DNA of 64,000 nt from Tubiluchus corallicola. Its lineage: Eukaryota > Animalia > Priapulida. The stretch covers positions 372,001 through 436,000 of the forward strand of contig JAQGDQ010000105.1 in the NCBI GenBank assembly GCA_030141605.1. Direction: 5' to 3'. The notes beneath the pieces were generated by a model. That model was not told the origin of the DNA. It saw only the letters and a list, made by a program, of their open reading frames with translations, and did no database searches. Below, one piece after another: positions 24,537-37,589 of this stretch. The translations under genes were made by a program, and so were the position numbers. How positions within the stretch are numbered: the stretch's first letter is position 1; each line of letters opens with the position of its first letter.

Positions 24537-26649
24537 GCAGTTTTAATACGTGCTTTACACTAAGCGTAATTCACTGTTAGACACTGTTTCCTCAACTCTG
24601 TGTGCTGCTAATATATAAACTATCGTGATTGTTAATTTATTGCTATTTTATTCACAGCTCTTGGTGTGGATCAATTGCCATTACTCTCGCAAGGTTTTCT
24701 GCCGCCTGGCCATTAAAGGCTAGCTTCCCGCTTAATGCCAGTCTGTTAAATGCTTTTGTCATCATTCCCATTCGGCTGACTTCATTCAGTTTCATTGTCA
24801 TTAGCGTCACGTGCTTCACTGTCTTTGAATTTTATTATCACAGATTTTGCGGCTGCCATCTCATAAATAACCACCGTGTTTTTCACACTGGCACTTCCTC
24901 TAAAACAGACTAGGGCATGGCAGCCAGTACCAAGCTCAGCTAAAATGCAGCTAGAGTAAACAGAAAAATTAACGTTTGAGGTGATGTTCTGAAGTTGCTG
25001 CAGTAAGATTTGTATAAAATTTTCCGAAAGTATTTCTGCTTCGCATTCAGATTAAAAAAGCAGACACTATGGGGAGACGTGTCAGACAGAAGAGGAAACC
25101 ACTAGAATAAAGTAAATCTGCATAGCAAACATCAAAGTACTTATGAGGATGAGCACATGAGGCGAACATGTACAACTACAAACTGTATGAGTTCTTTGAC
25201 TCTTGTGCACGCTTCAGCACACTGCAATCCCATATCCAGTATTTAACGAGAGAAACTACTTAAATCGACAGAAATCAAGTCAATTATTAAGCCACTGAAA
25301 TAGGCACGTCCAACGTGAAGGCAACTTACTTTAGCAAAAGAACTGAATTAAATTTAAGCATTTATTTCAGAATTTTCCCCAAGTAAAACAGTAGTCAAAA
25401 ACGTACTAAATAAAAGATATAGAACTACAAAAAAATGATAAAGCACACAACTATATGCAGCGCACACAATCATCCTCCCACCGCCCATTTCATTCACATT
25501 TGCCGTGCGTGTACGTGCGTGCGTACAATAATAGTCAGCAAAAAATACTAAAAGTCACGCTGGCCTGTTTGACATATTTAAAATTTCAGCCAGTGTTGGG
25601 GAACGTTTGACTGAAACCTACAATCACTGTTCCATATGTTCAGCAAAAGGAAATATTACAACTTTTACATAGCTTGTTTTTAATACATTTTTCGAATTAT
25701 AGTGTCAAAATACGGTATTTTAAGTTCAGTAAACATTCCCCTTGCTGAAAATTCATATTTTTGTGTAATTAAAACCATAATAATAAAATTTGTTCTATAG
25801 GGGTGCACAGCAAAGTTTGAGCAATGCGACATAAGCAATTTCCTTTTTGCGTTTACATTACCTAAATGAACGTCACGAATTTCTAAGTGCTTCACGCAAG
25901 TTGTCTTTGTGGATAAAGTATATGTTTCTTCCATGTTTACGACAAATTCACGTTTAATTGAAAAATCGCTATTACCATCGATAAGCTGTTAAAGTCCCAA
26001 CGCGGTCGGAGCCAACAAACATAATCATCTGCATAGGACAGGTCATTGCAGTAAATACCTCAGAAATAGCCAGAATCAGAAAAGCAACTGAAACTACACA
26101 GAAGCCGTATTAAACACGTTGGTCACCCATCCACCTACTAACTGAATTTGATGTTTCTCTATTGGTATGTTGCAGAAAGGTTATCAGAAAACGAGATAGC
26201 ACCACCATAAACAATGAAAAAAGCATTCAATTGAAAAAAAGAATCCGGAACTAGTTAGCCCTCTTAATGCCTCAAAACTGATACATGTAACAGGGCTTAC
26301 CTGTTTAACTGGCTTTATTCGCGCTTTAGCAGGTCTACTATTCCAATAGTAGCAAGATACTTCCATTAGAAAGTAGAGTACAATAAACCTACAAATGCGT
26401 TTCGTACAATGAACCATATATATGGCTGGTCTTTTATCCAATGGTTTTAGAAACAAGTTAAATGAGTCAAAGTTATGGACATTTGATTTAAATGTTAGTT
26501 AACTCCACTATGCAGTTTATGCCCCAATACCAAACGCAAATAAATGCAATTTCTAAGCTTAGCATTTTGTGAGCGAAAGTCGGGTGGCGCAGCTGGCAGT
26601 CTTTAAATGCTGATCCTGGCAAGAAAATAAATGAAGTAAAAACACTCAC

Positions 26650-26863
26650 CCACTTTTATCTACTGCCTAATTAGATTTAATCTTTCCGCTCCGCGAAACA
26701 GTTCCTTGCTAATGCGCTTTCACGACATCGCTCGGCGACAGTCGTATCGAAACTAACTTTTTTCTCCATTTTCACTGTTTTCCAGGGCCACATTAATCAA
26801 AGAAAGGGGAAATGTATCGAAAAAAGGAAAATGTACAACTGGTAAGAAATGCACGCGTTTATA
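26650..26863 (-). promoter_or_regulatory. Candidate TATA/Inr core promoter and first exon
   Basis: Minus strand: TATAAA starts at 26863, CA(+1)TTTTCC at 26832 (31 nt spacing), a CpG-rich exon body and a consensus donor GG|GTGAGT at 26650/26649. Confidence 0.45.
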
Positions 26864-29292
26864 TGCGTACTGCCTTATCTTGTTTAAAAAGAGCAGCAAG
26901 CTTTCGCCTCATATATTTAGGTTTTGTCCTAGTAATCAATACTTATCACCACATCTAATAATTTTCAATCTCTTTATTGCATAATACCGGAAAACGCCGA
27001 AGGGACATAAAACCTTAAAAACGGCAAATAACGCTTTAATGAAAAATTAAAATAATTTCCCGTGTATTGCGACCCCTTCTCGGCGCTTCGTGAGACTTAT
27101 TTTTGGCTAGACGCATCTTCGGTGCTTCACCATCTACCACACCATCTATATAGTCATCCGCAGTTCTACCAAAGTTGTGTTAACACTATAAACTTTCACC
27201 AGTTTTGAGTTTACTGTCTACCGAAGATCCAATTTCTTAGAGGTGTTACGTATTGAATCATTATTAGTAACAAATTTGGCAAAAAATAATAATAGTGACA
27301 AGTTTTATTGGCTAAAGAGCACCTAAAAACCAGCAACGAGAGAATAGTAAAAAAATGGTTAACAAAATCTACTGAAATTTGTTGAGCATTTTCAAACTTC
27401 CAGGCAGACATAAAAATGGCAGATACAAACAAACAAAATTTCAAATTTACGAAGGTGCTAAAGTTCTTGAAATGACTCATTTTCGCGGAAATGCTGACGT
27501 CACTGACCATGAACTTAATCTATCTCTGAGTGCTCTTCTGTCAAGGCGGTGATTATCTTCATCTTTTAATGCGCCGTTAATCATTTTCCATAAAACGTCG
27601 TCAAATTTTCCAATTACGATATAAATCGTGACAGATTATTGCATCATTAAAGACGTTGCGGATAATGGGTTGCTGAGTATGGCGGGCATGCAGCGGACAT
27701 GCTATTCTCACCCGCAATTTTATTCATTTGTATATCCAGGCTTTATTCAGATTCCAAATCTGCAGTCATACACAGAGTTGACATAATTAGCAAAAATTGT
27801 GCAAATTGTCATAGTAGAGTGCAATATGCTCCTATGACCATTTGCTATTTTTATCACTCGACATTCCTGATGTTTGATCGTATGTCGAAAAGGAACAGCT
27901 AGTTTCTGTGTTTATGGTAAAACAACGATTCTGGGAAACGCATTTTCATCCTGGCGAAAATATTTTCTGTGAAATAACACCTTAGAGAAACGATTGGAGG
28001 AGGTGAGAGCAAAAATTGTGCCTATAAGAATAATTCTAGTATATGCAAAATTTCTGGCAAACTGTTTCTTGTTTGTGTTACTCTTCTCTATAAAACTTTA
28101 CAAAAAGAAAGAATCTACCAAAATCAAGAAAATCCTAATAACGTCGCATCTTCTGAACCTGCAAACAAGTCAGACTTTAATACGATTTACTTTTCAATCG
28201 CGCTTTTGTTCACTGGATAGTCTCTGATTTCTCTAAAAAGAAACTTCAAAACGACGCCGTACGGATTAATATTTCTTTCTTAATTCCAAACGGGTTTTTA
28301 CAGACACGGAATGAAAAAAATGACATCTTTTTCACCCCAGCTTTATAAGTGTTTCATTTACCACTTGCTTTTTTGTTTGCCTTCCTGCTTGCCTGGTAGC
28401 TACACTTCCAGTCTACCTGACAAAACGACAAACCCAGCTAACCTATCAGCATGCGTAACCTATTTAGCATTTATATGACATCTCAGAATGCAACAGCGTA
28501 AGCAAACTGTCCATAAGAACAATAATAACAAAGTAAGCAAGCATTAGGCATGCCATTCTTGGATGTAAAATTCCTTGTATTTTGGTATTTCCTCGCACTG
28601 TAATACAATCTTGTGTGACGCATTAAATAGCCCCTAGTTATATTTACTGAAACTATTGTTCGAAAAACTGAATCCAACAGGCATTCAAGCAACCATGCAA
28701 TGCACTTTTTTGATAGCGTGATTTAACTTTGCTGATTATTTTAGAAATTACTGTAAACAGATGCGTGACTCATCTAATCTAGAAGCGACATTATGTATTA
28801 ATGACAATACTGAAAGTTCTAATAACAAGATTTCACGTCAACAAGTTGTTTTTATTTGATAATATCGAAAAAAAATTTCTCAAAAATTTGGTTAGGTAGG
28901 TTTCAGCTAAAAAGCTTTTTGTGTTTCTTAACAAAACAAAAAAGGCATGGCTTAAACAAACTATAGAAGACATAGGAAAAACGTAAAACATAAAAGGAAT
29001 AAAGAGGGAACAAGAGAATAATCTGAAACAGAAGAAGCAAGCTAAACCACGACGAAAATCACCGTGGAGCTATTAATGGAAGATGAGGAGCTAAAAGGAA
29101 AACAAAAAAAATCGCAAATGCACCACTGTGCTACAGATGTTTTGAAAGAAAATTTTGTCTAACAACAGTTGTCAAAAATGTGTTTATAAAACCCAGCTGG
29201 CTTTAAAGTAGCACAAACTTTTTGCTCCATTTCGCTTGTCCAAACATCACTAAAGATATGAAATGCTCTGAATTTCCATTTCCCTGTGACCA

Positions 29293-29295
<3 letters not shown>

Positions 29296-29334
<39 letters not shown>
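29296..29334. repeat. (TA)n microsatellite
   Basis: Perfect AT run. Confidence 0.95.
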
Positions 29335-29336
<2 letters not shown>

Positions 29337-31723
29337 TTCGATATATCCGATTCAGCCAACATTTTATATAGATCAGCCTATACCTGTTCTGTCCGCTTTT
29401 GAAACGTCTTTTCAGTGCAATAAGCTTGGAAATTCGCCGCGGTACATGTTTATTAGTGCTCCAGTAGTAATAAATGCGTGGAATAATAAACTTTGCCAAC
29501 ATAAAACCTGCAGCGTGGTTTCATTAGATAAGCATTACACTAGCTGGAATTAGTTAAACAAAACGAAAACGACGAACTCAAACACTTCACAGTTTATGGC
29601 AGAGCAACGGCATAAATGTTTAGCGCGATTGTCATAGAGTAAAATTAATTAAACGCAGGGTAATTGTTATTATACACTGTATTTGCTGAAATAGAGTTCG
29701 TTTTACACGGATATCGATGTATTTTGATCAAATACTTGATAATTTTCGACTCAAGCACAATAAACAGCCAAGCAAAACACTTAGGTAGAGGTATGAATTC
29801 CTACAATAAAAATCATGTGCTACTTTTTATCCACATCCTACCAACACTGTTTGAATACAAATACTACTACGGACTGACGTCCAATTAGACCCCATTTGAA
29901 ATTGGGCCAACAATGAAATACTTCTGTTACAGTTAATGGAATGTTTTTCTTCTATAGAAATGACCAAAATTCTAAGTTATCTGTTCTATGTTTTAGATAA
30001 AAATGTCTACAGAATTCAATTCAAACGCAAACTGAATGAATATCATCAACATCATATCTCCATCACGTCAACTGTAGACAATGGGCAGGTACAATTGTAA
30101 AGTGAAAGAAATCTGCTCCAAGACAGGTAAAAACAGCAAAAATCCAACAAAAACTAGACACTGCTACACCACTTCCGAACATGAACAAATATGATATACT
30201 TCAAATCATATATATTTATAATATATATTGATTCAGACTTCTGTCAAAGAATTTTGAATGTTGTTAGTACTACAATGAGTGTGACAGAGCTGTCAAAAGT
30301 GACAGTTGGTTGATGAAGATGACAACGACGATGACGATGACAATGACGATTTATCAGTAAATTCGGGATTCATGCCGCGTGCTCAAAGGAGCTCATATTT
30401 CTTTTTTCAAAAACAAATCTTTCGGTTGCAAAAAAACGTAAAAGCAGCGTAACATCCAATACACTTACACAACCCCACTGTTTTCCAATTAATAAATCGT
30501 TTTATAATCTCTTCTAATCCTCCGGGCAGCTGTGATGGAGAAATAGTCTAAGGGAAGCCATGCAGTTATGCCGTACAGGGAAGCCATGTTTTAGGCGGAT
30601 TCAAGGAAATTAGGCGTCAACTGATTATGCCGTTTGTTTGCTGAAGTCTCCTTCGCTTTTCGGTTTAGCCTGGGCAAACATCCGTTTATGAGTTTACTAC
30701 ACGTTTCTAAATGAATTTCAGATCTCAGAGTTCACTCATATCGTAAACACTTCCCGGATGTTAAATATTATAATAGGCACACTATAACGAGTCAATAACA
30801 ATGTAAATATTTCTTTGATGTTAACTCTGTTGGTGCAGCCGACGATATAATTGGTAAATCGCAATTTCATGAAAATTTCGATTGCAGCACAATTATATTA
30901 ATTAATTTTTATTTGTGCCCTTTTACTGTTTCGAACAAGCTTCAGTGTTGTTCGAAATACGGTGTGTTATTTGTAATTTAATTTTTAGATGACTAAAAGC
31001 TGTGAATGTTAAATGAATTATAAAATTGTAGTTATTCGTAGTTATTGAGACACTGAGTACTTTCCTTGCATTTTTTGCATTCTGTTTTTTTAAATTTACG
31101 TGTTTGCGTTTAGGATTGGACCAAACGATTGCGCCTTCTGACTAGAAATACGTTTTTAAGCAAAAACCGTATCTCCAAAAAGTTCAGTGATGGTGTTAAG
31201 GGTATGTGGGCGACTGGCTTGATTAGTAAATGGATTTAAAGCGGTTGTACAAAAATCTGCCTCTAGTCAGATTCAACTTCCTGCCTCCAGCCATATTTCT
31301 CTTTGAAAAAAAGGATATTGTACATAAACAATTAAATATCAACACATGGCTACAAACTCTGTTTACGCTAAGCAGAAAATCGATGGCACATTCTAGCTTT
31401 CTTAAGTCCAGACCAAATTTAAGCACTTTCAGCTAGAGCCACCTAAGTTTTTTGTAACTACCTGCGCGAACATAACGTAAATGAGTGGGTACGCATGTTC
31501 AGAGTTATCAAAAGTTAAAATGAGCTAACGTCTTCGCTTCACTTTACCGTATAAATGCGATTTGAGACACCGCCGCTCCAGTGATTTATAAAATTATTTT
31601 TGCAATAAGCTGTTCTGATAAAAAAATTAAATAAAAATGATCTCAGGAGTAACCAATCAACATCGTCACTGTGAATGTGCATTTTTTATTTTGTATAATT
31701 CAGCTGTTGTATAACGGGTGCAG

Positions 31724-31795
<72 letters not shown>

Positions 31796-31819
31796 CATCA
31801 TCATCATCATCATCATCAT
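31724..31819. repeat. (CAT)n microsatellite
   Basis: ~30 CAT units with one interruption; source of the spurious poly-H/poly-M ORFs. Confidence 0.95.
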
Positions 31820-33865
31820 TGCTATACTAAGCGTTGCAGTTGACGTTTGGATTCTGGTTAATGTCAAAAAACATTGTAGCTGTCGTGTCTGTATACAAGA
31901 TATGAACACCGAACTGCAGTTTGCTTTGGTCGAACTCAACATAATCTTTCCTCTGAATACCGGAAAAACTCGGCTTGGCTTAAAGGTTTGGTGAAGCATA
32001 AACTAGGGTTGCAGTAGCAATAATTAAATTCTACTTCCTATAATTTACATCATTAGTTCCAGCCAGGGGCTTCTAGACCTTTTAGCCAATTCTTCGAAGT
32101 TTCGCTAAACTCACAGTTGATAAATAGTAATTGACTTGGTGTAGATTTGCGTTCGACACAAACTAAGCTCGCGAACAAAGATCGGTAATATTTCATTCAA
32201 GTCAAAGACGCGCGAGAACCTATATCAGAGCAAAAGCATTCTATAAGTCACCTTTTTAGCAATTACGTCCCAACGTATCAATGCGAATTGAATGCAGGTT
32301 CCTCACGTTGGGTGCTGAACTGGAAAACACAAACACACGGGCCTACTGATTCGCGTAACATCCCAACGTCTTTATAGATGCGAGAATGCAATGTCTTCGT
32401 AAAGAACTGAACCGCAACATGGTAGAGGGTGGGAGGGAAAATAAACAGCATTTCACGGTTGTTAAAATATCACTATTTAAATGCAACAGCATTAATTAAA
32501 CTGATATGAATGTCAAATAGGCATTTTCCACTAAATGTGGTTGTAGTTTGTTCACTTAGCCAAAAAACTATCATTTCGCCAAATAATAATCGAGCCAACA
32601 TTAATAAGAAAATATTAATATTTAACAAAATCTATTTCCTTATTTGAATTCCCATTTTTGACAGAGCGCGGTTTGTCCCACCATACACCTTCCTTCTTTC
32701 TGTAAACGAAACATGCGCATTATGCGAACAATTTTTAATCAGGCGTAAGAATTGTAGCATTTTCATTAATTATATGCTGAGATGCAGTTTAAATCATTAA
32801 TTAGGATATTAAAATATATTCGCAATTCAATCAAGCGCAACGGCGCAATAAAAGCTCGTTACTTGGGGGGGGGGGGTAATTAATCGAACGCTGAAATTAA
32901 GAAAATTTGATGAAATCAAGATGCTTTTCCTCTATGTAATTGAGTGTTTACATTAATTTCACAAGGCCAAGACTAGCACACAGCAGATACGTTTCCCATG
33001 AGCAAACATGCCCAACTGCTCAAGCCATTCAGGCAATATGTAATTTCGGAATTATTGCCAGAATTTTGGAACAAAGATCAACAATTATACTGAACGAAGG
33101 CTAGCATAGCAGGAAAAACTAAGTATAAATAGTCATGGTACGCCGGGTCGATCGGGTAATAACAAGACAATGTAGACCAGTCGATAACAAGACTCTCAAT
33201 ATAAGACTAATAAGAGATATCAATGTAGACCAGAAAATCGAATACAAGTGACTGTTAATTTAATCTTTTTTAACTACCTGACAAAACATCGAACATATGA
33301 GGCGTACAATTTATTTAATATCATTGTCGTAAAAACGGCAGCAAGTGCGATACCATTTTATTAAAATTTGAAATCTATGGTATTTGCAGAATCAAAACCC
33401 CTTCCGGTGAGCACACTAACTGGCTAGTTCAGCTTTAAGAAATCATAATAATGTCATCAAGCTGTGTTTTCTTACGAGCGTTGATTTAGGTTCAATTTCG
33501 AGAGCTGTCAGTTTAACTATTAGTGACAAAAAACTGAATAAAATGGCTGAATAAAGTTTAACTTCTAGCTGAACAGGTTTCGCTTCTTGCCTAACTGACA
33601 CAAAAATGGGGCCTACTACAGTAAAATTTGCTCAGGATTATCATTTGTGATGAATCTTGGTATTAAGATTGTAGCTAATCAGATAACGCATTACCGGAAT
33701 TTTAGGCTCAATGTTAGTAAAATAGTCTATTAGTCTAATTAGCTAGAATATCTGTATAGTGTTAGCGATCTAACATTGGTAATGCTGATTTAACATCAGT
33801 AATGTTGAATATGGTTGGCCAGCGATAAAGGGTGAACTTTGGACTGCTTTGATCACGCAAAAATA

Positions 33866-33940
33866 TTGTGGCCTAGTGGTTTAAGACGTCTATCTTGTAA
33901 AAGCAGAAGGCAGAAGCTCCCTGTTTCAGATCCAGCCTGA
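33866..33940 (+). mobile_element. Decayed tRNA-derived SINE head
   Basis: A box TGGCCTAGTGG (33869-33879) and B-box-like GTTTCAGATCC (33923-33933); no intact cloverleaf. Confidence 0.5.
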
Positions 33941-36024
33941 ATTGCAAACTTTTCACATTTCCTGTCCTTCGAATTTGATACTAAAATTTTATTATTTGAG
34001 GATTTGTCCTATCACCTTTATTATAATGACTTGTTGCAAAAAGATTCACTAAAACAGAGCTGGATGTGCTGAAAAGACATCCAATAAAAACATAAAGTAA
34101 CTTGTAAAAGATCTGCTGTTCTGCGTCGTACGATTTTTGTTTGTTCTATTTTTTTGTACTTTAATAGCATAACTGTGAAAGGTTTTTAGTATACAAAAGC
34201 CGTAATTCCCACTTGTTAATCAATCGCACAAGAAGATTGCAAATTAATTATTTTTTGTTCTAAATAAGGAAATGCAAAGTTCACGGCAAGCCTATTTGTA
34301 GCAACAATCCCAGGTGCAATAATCCTGACTATGAATTTTTGAAACCAAATTAGGTCAAAAGGTCCAGATTGGAGAATTATCATAGGTGTAATAGTCTTTA
34401 AGTTGAGTCTTTATAGTACATGTAATGGCTAGTGAGACCGCATTTATGCTAAAATTGAATATAGACGTTGCATTCTAATCATGACATTTTAGTTTGATAT
34501 ATTCAGAGTTACAAAACGTTCAGTTTTGCCACGGATATAAGCAATCTTCTTAGGGCGCTATTAGGTGCAACTTAATTCAGATTGACAGTACTGATAAAAC
34601 TGGGTCAGCAGAGCAGAACCACGTTATTGACAGGCATACTCTTTAGATAAGATAGTTTTTGTCTTTATACAACAATTAATCAACTTAATTAGTAAAGTAT
34701 TACTTCTAAATTAATTGAACAATCTAAACGTTCATATTAATTACAATCTTCAGAATAGAATCGCAAAGTCGAAAGACAAGCTCTAAGGAAGGAGATTAAT
34801 GCGATTAGCCTTGAGACCTTCTCTTATCTCTCCTTTACAGACGAATTAGCTCATTGTGGAATGTTATCAAATTCCAATCAAGCATGGCCAACCAATGCAG
34901 CAATGCGTTTCATTTTCACAAAAGCATTATTACTTCGTCGGTAATATCAGGGACAGCGGCGAAAATCGGTACAATTTTTTTCAGTTAAGCATCGGTGGCT
35001 CCATTTAAAGTATCCGGTTTAACACTGCGTCTTCTGGACGACAAAACCGCATAGAAATGCAGAATGCCAACAGAAAGAACAAAACTAACTAAAAGAAGCC
35101 ATTTGGTAGAAATTGGAAAACGGCTGTACTCTTAACAAAAAAACTCAGTTACACCAAGATAAAAACATACACCACTGATGTCGTCGTCCAGTCTGAGATT
35201 CATATATCGTTATATATTCGTTATATATATTCGTTAGCCATGGCAGTATTCAACTGGCGTATGTTATTGCAAATATGAACTCTACTGTAAGGGCTGGTTT
35301 GCAGCACAGCTTCCTCAAGCTCTTGAAGTATTTGAAAGAAACCATTGAAGCTTGTCTGATGTCTTTTCTTCACGCGACCGCGAAAAGCTGTGTGCTCTGT
35401 TCGGCAGTCAAAATCTACTTGAAGGCCCTTGCGCAACTAAATTGCTAATTTACTTGTAGTAATTTCGATCAGTGACTTTTCTGGTTCTTAATGTTTTGCG
35501 ACTCGTGAGTCTGATTAACTCACTACGTCAACAATTAAAACAAGGGATGGTAGCTGGAAAAAATTTTCAGCTTCAAAAAGACCAAGTTTAAAAACATGTC
35601 TTTGCGTTTGGGGTTCTAATGACGAAAAATAATCAGAAGAAAATAAATAAATACATAAATAAATGTTTAAAGAACCTATGAATGAAATAATGAATAAATA
35701 AATAAATATTTAAATATGGATAAATGAACGAATAAACGGATGAGGGGTGGGTCAGTGAATAAAAGCATCTGAATGAACAAATGAGTGAATGACACGAGAC
35801 AACACGAAACGACGCCAGGGCACATGACAGAGTACAGACTAAATATAAATAAAATTACAAGAAAGAGATATACGAATAAACAAAGGAACACGTGAGCCAA
35901 GTGACACATGTTATGTAATGAAAAATCTCATCAAACAAAAGTTATAGTAATTGAACCATTATATGATTATATGGGTCGATATGCAATTTGTATTGTTTTC
36001 CTAACCACTTGTATTTAATCTCAG

Positions 36025-37029
36025 TNNNNCGCTCAGGCTTATTTTAGGCCAGGTTATGTAACTAGTTCCTACTGTTATAATTCCACCATTAATTATTGTC
36101 AATTTTTATAAAAGAAGTTTAGTTAAACTGTTTAATGATATAAGGCTAGAAGCCAACTTGTTCTGAAATCAGATTTCACCTGTACATTCAATGATACTGT
36201 TTATGCATTACTACTATATCATGTGACTGAAGCCACGTAGACGAAATTTTGGCTGTTGAGTTCGCCCAGGTATTCCGCTTTAAGTTGTCGAGTTAAGCGG
36301 ACGTTCTCATGTCATGAAATGATGGTTTAGTAGTAACGGTGCTCGTTTGTAGAAAAGCTATCTGTCTACCTGGTTACGACAGAGACGATAGTCGCATTTT
36401 TGCGATGATGCTTACCTGTTGCTGATTATATTTTCCTGACGCTGATGATACATCACTTACCAGTTGTCGATGATATCTGCTGCTGATGATACTTACCCGA
36501 TTTACCTGACGTTGATGATACTGTCGTTGGTGCTTCCATGCTGATTACAAAATTGGTAATCCTTACCTTGCGACGAGTGCAGGAGCTTGGATGCTACCCC
36601 ATTTTGGCGTCATATAAGTGGAGGCGTGTACATCAGGAGTCGTCAAAGTTTGGAGACGTCGTCGTCCACGTAATCAGCTCCATCAAGAGGTAGTGTAGTC
36701 AACCGTTCTATGGTGCACCATTCCTTGATCAAGCCCCTGGTGAGGAGATGCTGCGGAATGGGAGCAGGAGAATAGTCGCTTGATGATGCCAAGACTGGAC
36801 TGGTGAAAAACATTACGTTGTTCTTTCTCTTCTTAGCCGGCTTAATCTTTATTATTAACATTTGTCTTGTAATGTGTTTTGAAATATTCATTAAATTGTT
36901 ATATTATTTTATTAATTCAGTGGTTTCTTCACAGTGTTTTCGACTAAGTGTTTTATTCTTTACCTAAGGGTTACACTTAAGTCACGAACCACATATTTAC
37001 AATAACGGAACTTAGACTACATCGTCACA
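36025..37029 (+). repeat. 5' LTR
   Basis: T-nnnn-CGCTCAGG...CATCGTCACA, a direct repeat of 42992-43996 (offset 6967). Confidence 0.97.
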
Positions 37030-37032
37030 TTA

Positions 37033-37050
37033 TGGTGTCAGAAGTGGGAT
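37033..37050 (+). other. Primer-binding site complementary to the tRNA-Leu(CAA) 3' end
   Basis: TGGTGTCAGAAGTGGGAT, 3 nt after the LTR; its reverse complement ATCCCACTTCTGACACCA is the metazoan tRNA-Leu(CAA) 3' end. Confidence 0.9.
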
Positions 37051-37589
37051 ATTTGACTTTATTTGGTGTAACTCGGTAGGAATAAAATTCTTTGTCAGCA
37101 TTTTGAGAATTTAATGATATTTACTTTCAGGTAATTAGTTACATAGCTAATTTTCTGGGGGAATCTTTGGGCAAAAGCATTTCGAAAGAACATAGCATCT
37201 TCCGTTGAGTGAATTTATTGATTACTCAGTTGAATGTGTTTTTGTCCATTACTTAAATAGGTTTCCTGTAGATTTTATAAACGCTATAATTCCAGGTGTA
37301 TGCCGACTTGAATGCCGATTTGACCTTGATTGCACTGTAAACGTTTCAAGTGCTAGTGAAACCGTTATTTCGTTGCAGGCTAGTCAAAAGTCTTGGCCTA
37401 GATTTTGTATATTCTAGTTTGCTACTTTGTTTGATTTGCACGTACATTACCCTACTATACAGTATTTTTGTCTGTTTGTATGCGTTGAGCCAGTGTGTGT
37501 CAGTTGAATGATAGATCTATAAATATTCTGCAAGCATAAAGTTTTTTTCACTGTAACTACTATTTGTCCTATATTATCCTGTGATTAGA

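Noticed and set aside
24652-24913. GC-richer block with a minus-strand acceptor, short ORF and AATAAA
   Set aside because: No recognisable protein or donor; exon status cannot be supported.
33866-33940. tRNA gene
   Set aside because: A and B boxes are present but there is no acceptor stem or cloverleaf; treated as a SINE head.
36643-36891. 82-aa antisense ORF duplicated at 43610-43858
   Set aside because: Identity only reflects the LTR duplication; no domain, short, AT-rich start.
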